From an uncultured archaeon (GTDB lineage: Archaea; Iainarchaeota; Iainarchaeia; JAADDC01), in the NCBI GenBank assembly GCA_964486025.1, contig CAZAKL010000002.1:2312-66311 (forward strand): a stretch of DNA of 64,000 nucleotides. The letters run 5' to 3'. Both the position numbers and the translations under genes were made by a program. Shown here piece by piece: positions 57,842 through 64,000 of this stretch (position 1 is the first letter of the stretch; each line of letters begins with the position of its first letter). The notes beneath the pieces were generated by a model, which worked only from the letters and a program-made list of their open reading frames with translations, was not told the DNA's origin and did not search any database.

Positions 57842-58906
57842 ATGGACGAAGTTCTCACAATCGATGGTTCGTACGGTGAGGGTGGCGGACAGGTTCTGCG
57901 CACTTCCCTCGCGTTCTCTGCACTTCTCGGAAAGCCAATTCGCGTGACGAAGATTCGCGCCCGCCGGCCTCGTCCCGGTCTGCAGCCGCAGCACCTTGCG
58001 TGTGTCCAGGCGCTCCAGAGGATAACCAATGCAAGGGTGAAGGGCGCCGCTCTTGATTCTACGGAACTTGAATTCATTCCCGGACATGTGCGGGCGGGAA
58101 ATTATACGATAAATATTGGAACTGCCGGCTCCATAACGCTTATCCTCCAATGTCTTATCCCTCCGCTCCTGTTTGCTCCTGAGCCTTCGACTTTACGTAT
58201 AATCGGCGGAACCGATGTGGAGCATGCCCCCACGTATGACTACTTTGCCCGCGTCTTTGTTCCGTGGGTGTCTCGCATGGGGGCAGCCATATCTGTTCGC
58301 CTGAAGCGGAGGGGTTACTATCCAAAGGGCGGCGGAGAGGTGATTGTCAGCATCCAGCCAGTCTCGCATCTTTCTCCAATACGCTTGGAGCGCTTTGAGG
58401 AGCCGTCTGTCATAAAGGGCATATCCCATGCGGGTGCTCTTCCAGAGCACGTTGCCAGACGGCAGGCGGAGGCGGCTGCGAAACGTCTCGAGGGGACGGG
58501 CTACGAAGCTGACATCGACGTGGTGACATACTCCCGTTCGGAAGTTCTCTGTCCCGGTTCCGGAATAACGCTCTGGACGGAGAATATGGCTGTAGGCGCG
58601 TCATCCCTTGGTGCGAAGGGCGTTCTTGCAGAGGTTGTGGGTAAGAGGGCAGCAAACTATCTCATACATCAGCTCGACGCGAGGAGGCCCGTGGATATGC
58701 ACATGGCTGACCAGCTCATACCGTACATGGCTATAGCGGACGGGGAGTCTCATATTAGGGCCACAGAAGCGACAATGCATCTCGTGACGAACCTCTGGGT
58801 CGTTGAGCAGTTTCTGGGCATTTCAGCCGACGTTCAGAAAGAAGAGGGGCGTAGCGTATCTGTACGCCTCAGAGGGATTGGCTTCAAGGTAGAGGAGAAG
58901 GAGTAG
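57842..58906 (+). CDS. rtcA: RNA 3'-terminal phosphate cyclase
   Basis: Full-length RtcA, including the catalytic His context. Confidence 0.9.
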   Translation: MDEVLTIDGSYGEGGGQVLRTSLAFSALLGKPIRVTKIRARRPRPGLQPQHLACVQALQRITNARVKGAALDSTELEFIPGHVRAGNYTINIGTAGSITLILQCLIPPLLFAPEPSTLRIIGGTDVEHAPTYDYFARVFVPWVSRMGAAISVRLKRRGYYPKGGGEVIVSIQPVSHLSPIRLERFEEPSVIKGISHAGALPEHVARRQAEAAAKRLEGTGYEADIDVVTYSRSEVLCPGSGITLWTENMAVGASSLGAKGVLAEVVGKRAANYLIHQLDARRPVDMHMADQLIPYMAIADGESHIRATEATMHLVTNLWVVEQFLGISADVQKEEGRSVSVRLRGIGFKVEEKE

Positions 58907-59575
58907 TGCAAGGAGTATGAAGGGGCCGAAGCGGGGGAGATTGTCAAGTACCTTCACGGTTTCCACGCCCTTCTCCTTCAGCAGCTCTATATCCTTTTTC
59001 TCAAGCACCTTCTTTCCGGGCGGAAGGGCGTCCACAGGCTCTGCAAGCACGTCCTCTGGAACCAGGTCTTCCACTTTCCTTTCCCTGACGAAGAGCTCTT
59101 CCCTGTATCTCTGTCCAAGGTACGCCGTTACAATAGAGCCGTAGACTCCTGCCAGAAGGGGGGGAGTGAAGGCGTAGGGTACGGGGACAATCCGAAGCCA
59201 CCATAGTTTCCTCCCGAGGTAGAGCGAGTAGTATACGGAGAAGAAGATGGATGAGAGAATGAGGCCGAGTACGAGGATTGGAAGGGGCGATGGCACAGAG
59301 AACCCGGCAACGCCTATGAATGGCTTCCACGCGGCTATTCCCGCCAGTAGGAGGACGTCGCCGCCTCCCAGCTCGCCTGTGTAGTAGAGCAGGTACCCGA
59401 TTCCCAGCGTAGCCACCGAAACGAGGAGGGCGGTCCAGAAGAACCCTGAAAACCAGGCATATGCAAGCCCGAGGAATATGAGGGGAATTGTTAGCCATTC
59501 GGGAATCTCTCCCGTGTACGCGTCGATGATTGCTGCCACAGCCGACGCACCGACGATTGCAACCACGTCTAACAT
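58823..59575 (-). CDS. A24-family prepilin/preflagellin peptidase (FlaK/PibD-like)
   Basis: IIDAYTGEIP and GELGGGDVLLLAGIAA match the two catalytic Asp motifs of FlaK. Confidence 0.65.
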   Translation of the reverse strand: MLDVVAIVGASAVAAIIDAYTGEIPEWLTIPLIFLGLAYAWFSGFFWTALLVSVATLGIGYLLYYTGELGGGDVLLLAGIAAWKPFIGVAGFSVPSPLPILVLGLILSSIFFSVYYSLYLGRKLWWLRIVPVPYAFTPPLLAGVYGSIVTAYLGQRYREELFVRERKVEDLVPEDVLAEPVDALPPGKKVLEKKDIELLKEKGVETVKVLDNLPRFGPFILLALLLLLYLEANPSEAYRYATPLFFLNVG

Positions 59576-60783
59576 TCCTCTCCCCCGTGTATCTCCATTA
59601 CGTCGAGCTGGGTTACCCTGCAGGGTACGCCCAGAATCTCGGAAACGGATGGTTTTGTCCGTCCGTCATCCCCGCTGACGAGCTCCTTGATGTAGAGACC
59701 GGACTCCGTGGTTATGTATAATATTATGTGGTGCTCGTCCTGCCACTCGCCCGTTATGTATATTACCTTTTTCTTGCGGAGCAAATCTGCACGGCGGTGG
59801 GATACACGTCTGGGCGTCCTCTGAAAAATTGTTCTGCCCTCCAGCTCTTTTAATCGCCCCAAGTCTTCCTTCGATACGGGTTTTTCGCACTCAACGAATG
59901 CCCTGTATGTTTTCGGGAATGCAGATGACTTGAGTGCCCTCGCCGTTTTCCTGTCCGACGGTTTAAGGCAGAGCACCTCCATCTTACCTGCTCCATGCTT
60001 GTTTATCTCTTCCCTCACCCACTCCCAGTCGTCGTAGCGTATTCTAGGCTCTACAACTTCAATTACAAACGGGCGCCCGCTTCCCAGCATCCGTGCATCT
60101 ATGTCTTCCCTTCCCGCTGCGTGGAGCTTCGTTTCCTTCCCCATGGTCACGCCGAGGAGCACATCAGCCATATAGTATTCAACGCTCTCTCTCCACTGCC
60201 GTCCGGTGTAATCGCATTTCTCGCAGCCCCTTCCTCCGCAGTAGCGGCAGGGCCACTTGCTCTGTGGCATCTCCGCGTACTTTCTGTAGCGGCCGTAGAG
60301 GTAGAGGGGATTGGACTTCACATAAACTTTTCCTGCCTCTGTATCGACGATTACGTCAACGTCCGGGCTCTCTGCATCGTATTCCTTGCCCGTTTTCTTA
60401 CGCAGTGCTTTGCCCACCTCTCTGTTTATGTGCTTCTTTATGGTTTCCGTGTTTTTGACACCCACAACCTCCCAGAGCTCTTCTTCCCGCCTTATTATTT
60501 CCTTGGATACGCGCGAGCCGACCCTGAATGTTTTGAAGACGTATCCTCGCATCTCCCTTTCAGCCGCGGACACATATTCGTCCAGTTTTGCGAATATGCC
60601 CATGCAGAAGTAGCATTTCTCCGGCGGGACTTCCTTTGCGCCGAGCGCCTCCCGTATTTTTCTGCCCCTCTCTGCGTTGTCCTTTCCGTCCACTTCGAGA
60701 AACGCCCTGCCCAGACAGTGGTCGCACACAGGATATCTTTCGACGAGCAACTTTGCTCTCTCCACCACGTCCTCCGGAATCAT
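59569..60783 (-). CDS. pus10: tRNA pseudouridine synthase Pus10 (Psi54/55)
   Basis: N-terminal zinc ribbon CDHCLGR, THUMP-like domain and catalytic domain. 404 aa. Confidence 0.85.
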   Translation of the reverse strand: MIPEDVVERAKLLVERYPVCDHCLGRAFLEVDGKDNAERGRKIREALGAKEVPPEKCYFCMGIFAKLDEYVSAAEREMRGYVFKTFRVGSRVSKEIIRREEELWEVVGVKNTETIKKHINREVGKALRKKTGKEYDAESPDVDVIVDTEAGKVYVKSNPLYLYGRYRKYAEMPQSKWPCRYCGGRGCEKCDYTGRQWRESVEYYMADVLLGVTMGKETKLHAAGREDIDARMLGSGRPFVIEVVEPRIRYDDWEWVREEINKHGAGKMEVLCLKPSDRKTARALKSSAFPKTYRAFVECEKPVSKEDLGRLKELEGRTIFQRTPRRVSHRRADLLRKKKVIYITGEWQDEHHIILYITTESGLYIKELVSGDDGRTKPSVSEILGVPCRVTQLDVMEIHGGEEC

Positions 60784-61343
60784 TCGCAGACACCGTCCAG
60801 CAAGAGGTTTATTGCACAGACAGTCTGCGATGCGGTGTAAATCCTGGAACCGATTCTTAGCTTGGGGAATTTCTCAAATTTCTCTCTTTCCGCCTCTGGT
60901 ATGCCGTATGGCCCCCCTACAACGTACATGACGTTCTCCCTGACTTTACCTCTCTCTCCATTCTCATCGAGGACAACCACAGGAACTGAAACTTCCTTCA
61001 GAATTTCTTCCACACCTTTCTTGGATACGTAAACGCCGTAATGAACTCGTTTCCACTCTTTGGTTGTGCTCTCCCCCAGCGCCTTTCTTATTATTGCAGC
61101 TACGCTTCTCTCGTCCGGGGATGTTTTCCTCAGCTCTCCCCCCACAAACTTTACTGTCTTCGGCGGGTCTGACGGCCCCGTGAACGTGATGTACAGAACA
61201 ACGTCCCGCCTTATGTCGTGGGACAGCCAGAACGCCATGTTTACGATTCTCGCTGCTTCGTCCATTCGTCCCGCGTTCGGGAGGCCGTTTAGCGACCAGT
61301 CTGCGTCTGTCCGCCCCTCCATTATAGCCCAGAATAGCCTCAC
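60780..61343 (-). CDS. trmY: tRNA (pseudouridine54-N1)-methyltransferase TrmY (SPOUT)
   Basis: DUF358/TrmY family. Canonical position adjacent to pus10, with a 4-nt overlap. Confidence 0.8.
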   Translation of the reverse strand: MRLFWAIMEGRTDADWSLNGLPNAGRMDEAARIVNMAFWLSHDIRRDVVLYITFTGPSDPPKTVKFVGGELRKTSPDERSVAAIIRKALGESTTKEWKRVHYGVYVSKKGVEEILKEVSVPVVVLDENGERGKVRENVMYVVGGPYGIPEAEREKFEKFPKLRIGSRIYTASQTVCAINLLLDGVCE

Positions 61344-62614
61344 TTGAACGCCCCCGGCAGGTTTCCCGAAGCGAGCATTTTTTCTATCCTTTTCCTGCTG
61401 CCCCTGCGCTTTAGCTTCTTCATGAGTTTCTCAGACCGCTTGAAATCTCTCAGAAATTCCCTGACGTCCGCCTCGCTTGTTCCCGAGCCCATTGCAATTC
61501 TGCGTATGCGGGATGGCTCACTCAGCACCTCCGGATGCGCGCGCTCATACTTTGTCATACTCTTGTAAATCGCATCGTATTTCTTGAACTTCTCCTCCGT
61601 CATCTTCTTTACTTCCTTGGGGATGGAGGATATCCCCAGCATCTCAAGTATTTTGTCTATGGGTCCCATTTCCCTTGTGGCCTTAATCTGGGCGTAAAAT
61701 TTGTTTATATCGTACTCTCCTTCCAGTATGTCTTCAATGCTAACGTTGGTTTCCTCTGCCATCTCTGCCAGCTTCTCTATGTCTGGAACGCCGAGAAGCC
61801 GCGATATGAACTTGTTGGCGTCAAATTCCTCAAAATCACGTATATGCTCCCCAGTTCCTATGAAATAGACGGGGACACCGGCGATGGCACAGGCGGAGAG
61901 TGCCCCACCGCCCTTTCCGCTCCCGTCCATCTTTGTTATCACGACACCGTCGACGCCGACCTCTTCCTTGAACCGCTCCGCCTCACGCCCCGCTGCCTGC
62001 CCCATGTCTGCTGGAATTACCAGAAGCGTCTTCTCGGGTATGAGCACGTTCCTGATTCTTTTAATCTCTTGTATCAGGTCTTCGTCCAGCGTGGTCCTTC
62101 CTGCCGTGTCGACGATGTACACATCAGCCTTCTGTCTCAACGCTTCTTCAACGATTTTTACGGGGTCTTTTTCTCCCCTTATGCCGAAGAACTTGAGGTT
62201 TGCCTTCTCTGCCAGCTGTTTCAGCTGGTCATATGCCGCGGGCCTGTGCGTATCCGCTGCAACGAGGATGACATCAAGCCCCCTCTTCTGTAACCAGTGG
62301 CCCAATTTCGCAGCGGTTGTCGTCTTTCCAGAACCGTAGAGCCCGAGGAGCATGATTCTTTGCGGTACGACGGGGAACGGCCGTTTGTTTCCCCCGAGAA
62401 TATCTACAAGCCGGTCATACAGAAGTTTCATAACGTATCTAGACTTTGGAACGCCCTTTGGAATCTCTGCACTTTTTATGTCCTTTACAAGCTTTGCAAC
62501 GACTCCCACATCGACGTCCGCCGCGATGAGTGCCCTCTGGACCTCCTTTAAAGCTCGGTCCACGTCAGCATCCCTTGATAGAATCTGAAACGCGTTTCGT
62601 ATTCTCTCCAGCAT
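61340..62614 (-). CDS. srp54: signal recognition particle protein SRP54
   Basis: N, G (GLYGSGKTTT) and M domains. Confidence 0.9.
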   Translation of the reverse strand: MLERIRNAFQILSRDADVDRALKEVQRALIAADVDVGVVAKLVKDIKSAEIPKGVPKSRYVMKLLYDRLVDILGGNKRPFPVVPQRIMLLGLYGSGKTTTAAKLGHWLQKRGLDVILVAADTHRPAAYDQLKQLAEKANLKFFGIRGEKDPVKIVEEALRQKADVYIVDTAGRTTLDEDLIQEIKRIRNVLIPEKTLLVIPADMGQAAGREAERFKEEVGVDGVVITKMDGSGKGGGALSACAIAGVPVYFIGTGEHIRDFEEFDANKFISRLLGVPDIEKLAEMAEETNVSIEDILEGEYDINKFYAQIKATREMGPIDKILEMLGISSIPKEVKKMTEEKFKKYDAIYKSMTKYERAHPEVLSEPSRIRRIAMGSGTSEADVREFLRDFKRSEKLMKKLKRRGSRKRIEKMLASGNLPGAFK

Positions 62615-62646
62615 CAGAAGAAAGTGATGGATGGTTTAAATAAGGG

Positions 62647-63546
62647 TTATTGCTCGCCCTGCCCGAGTATTGCGTCCACTATCTCCTCGGGATTGAAGGG
62701 TTTGAGGTCGTCCGGACTCTCGCCCAAACCCACGAAGAGTATGGGCTTTCCCGCACCGACGGTTGCCGTGAACGCGGAGCCGCCGCGCGCATCCGTGTCC
62801 AGCTTCGTCAGAACAACCGCGTCGACGCCCACTTCTTCATCAAACCTCCGTATCTGCTCGAGTAGCGCATTCCCCGTTATTGCTTCCCCCACGAATACCG
62901 TTATATGGGGCTTTACGACACGTTTTATCTTCCTCAGTTGCTCCATGAGGTTTTCATTCGTCTCCTGACGCCCGGCGGTGTCTATGAGGACGTAGTCATC
63001 ACCCCTTGCCCGCGCGCTCTTGACCGCGTCGAATGCGACAGCCGCAGGGTCCGCTCCGTAGTCGTGCTTCACGACTCTGACGCCGACCCTCCTTGCCCAT
63101 TCCTCCGTTTGCTCTATGCTCCCTGCCCGGAATGTATCCGAAGCGGATATGACAGAGGAGTATCCCTGCCCTTTCAGAAGGTAGGCAATCTTTGCTATGG
63201 TTGTGGTCTTGCCTACGCCGTTTGGTCCAACGAATAGGAGTATAAATGGTCTTTCCTCTGGCGGAACAATTCGGGGTGCAGGGACGCTCAGGAGCTCTAC
63301 CAGTGCGTCACGTATGGCGCTCAATATCTCTTTTCTGCCGGATACTTTTTTTCCGACGAGCTTTTCCTTCAGAATTTCGCGAAGCCGCTCCACAACCTCG
63401 AGGGCGACATCTGCCTGGAGAAGGGATATTTCGAGGTCGTCCAGGGCCTCCTCTATATGCTCCTCCCGTATTGTGATGCCCACTCCTGTCGCGGACGCCA
63501 CGCTGTCAGTGAACTTCCTCAGCGCCCGCGAGAACGCCTCGAACAT
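62647..63546 (-). CDS. ftsY: SRP receptor FtsY (short archaeal form)
   Basis: NG domain with GPNGVGKTTT. Confidence 0.9.
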   Translation of the reverse strand: MFEAFSRALRKFTDSVASATGVGITIREEHIEEALDDLEISLLQADVALEVVERLREILKEKLVGKKVSGRKEILSAIRDALVELLSVPAPRIVPPEERPFILLFVGPNGVGKTTTIAKIAYLLKGQGYSSVISASDTFRAGSIEQTEEWARRVGVRVVKHDYGADPAAVAFDAVKSARARGDDYVLIDTAGRQETNENLMEQLRKIKRVVKPHITVFVGEAITGNALLEQIRRFDEEVGVDAVVLTKLDTDARGGSAFTATVGAGKPILFVGLGESPDDLKPFNPEEIVDAILGQGEQ

Positions 63547-63878
63547 CAGCGCTGCACCCGTCTTGCCTGCTCCAGCAGTTTAACTCTCTGCTGGCGTGTT
63601 TTCTCGAGGGCGGAACGCACAGCCTCCTTGCGTTTCTGCAGTAGCTCTATTGCGGAGTCGATGTCCCTCTCTGCGAATACGTTGCCGCCGACGTTGACGA
63701 GGATTTTCTCTCCGTTCATCTTTACCGGCACCATGATGCCCGCACCTACGGGCATTAGCGCCTCCCCCCTTTCCTTGAGCTCCTTCAGAGCGCTTATTGT
63801 CGCTTCGGTCTCCTGTACAATGGCCGAGAGGACTGAGATTTGCTCGTCTATTGCCCTCAGCGCTTCCTCCAATCTCAT
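63546..63878 (-). CDS. pfdA: prefoldin alpha subunit
   Basis: Coiled coil, two beta-hairpins (MPVGAGIMVPV, ILVNVGGNVFAE), coiled coil. Confidence 0.7.
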   Translation of the reverse strand: MRLEEALRAIDEQISVLSAIVQETEATISALKELKERGEALMPVGAGIMVPVKMNGEKILVNVGGNVFAERDIDSAIELLQKRKEAVRSALEKTRQQRVKLLEQARRVQR

Positions 63879-64000
63879 TCCTTCACCTCTTCAACAGATT
63901 CAATCACAATCTGAGAGCGCTTAACGTGATGCTTCGAGCCAAGGTCAGAGTACAGAATCTCAAGGGCACGCTCCTTCCTGTCAGCATCGATTACCTTCGT
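63875..64000 (-). CDS. rplX: ribosomal protein LX (L18Ae), 5'-truncated by the window edge
   Basis: The C-terminus ...LYSDLGSKHHVKRSQIVIESVEEVKE matches the LX family. Sits in the conserved rplX-pfdA-ftsY order. Confidence 0.6.
   Translation of the reverse strand, partial: TKVIDADRKERALEILYSDLGSKHHVKRSQIVIESVEEVKE

Noticed and set aside
63546-63878. Alternative call of prefoldin beta for the 110-aa protein
   Set aside because: Two beta-hairpins between the coiled coils, plus the conserved rplX-pfdA-ftsY context, favour the alpha subunit, even though the size is small for alpha.

Overview
This 64 kb window reads as a densely packed chromosomal segment from an archaeon. I count about 80 protein genes and one intron-containing tRNA. 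Coding density is high, genes frequently overlap by 1-4 nt (ATGA/TGATG junctions), and many TATA-like boxes sit about 25-35 bp upstream of start codons, suggesting leaderless or short-leader transcripts. PolD (DP1/DP2), a histone, PriS, Gins15 and PCNA together point to a non-crenarchaeal archaeon. I saw no CRISPR array, transposase, integrase or defence island. Content is almost entirely informational and housekeeping: (1) a replication island at 13.7-20.4 kb holding Orc1/Cdc6, a KaiC-like ATPase, a small OB-fold protein, two tandem divergent PCNA paralogs, a cysteine-free helical protein co-translated with PriS, PriS and Gins15, followed by S27e, aIF2-alpha, Nop10 and PAC2; (2) PolD DP1/DP2, a RecJ/GAN-like DHH nuclease, Lhr helicase, aRF1, archaeosine TGT, TmcA, a Pus10-TrmY-SRP54 operon, FtsY-PfdA-LX, FttA(aCPSF1)-proteasome beta, SecF/SecD, signal peptidase, Csl4-RpoL, G1P dehydrogenase-GGGPS, RtcA, and a FlaK-like prepilin peptidase. 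Four things stand out. A YqfB-like ASCH protein (103 aa) is translationally coupled to the ac4C writer TmcA, which could be an ac4C writer-plus-amidohydrolase module. A minimal 213-aa archaeo-eukaryotic primase paralog with all three catalytic motifs sits divergent to Lhr. An unrecognised Cys-free protein is ATGA-coupled upstream of PriS. The tRNA appears to carry a UAU anticodon (tRNA-Ile), which is rare in archaea. Also notable are an acidic mini-ORF with its own TATA box and an in-frame TAG, tandem paralogous membrane-anchored double thioredoxin-fold proteins, a presenilin/SPP-type protease homolog and a 945-aa domain-less surface protein.
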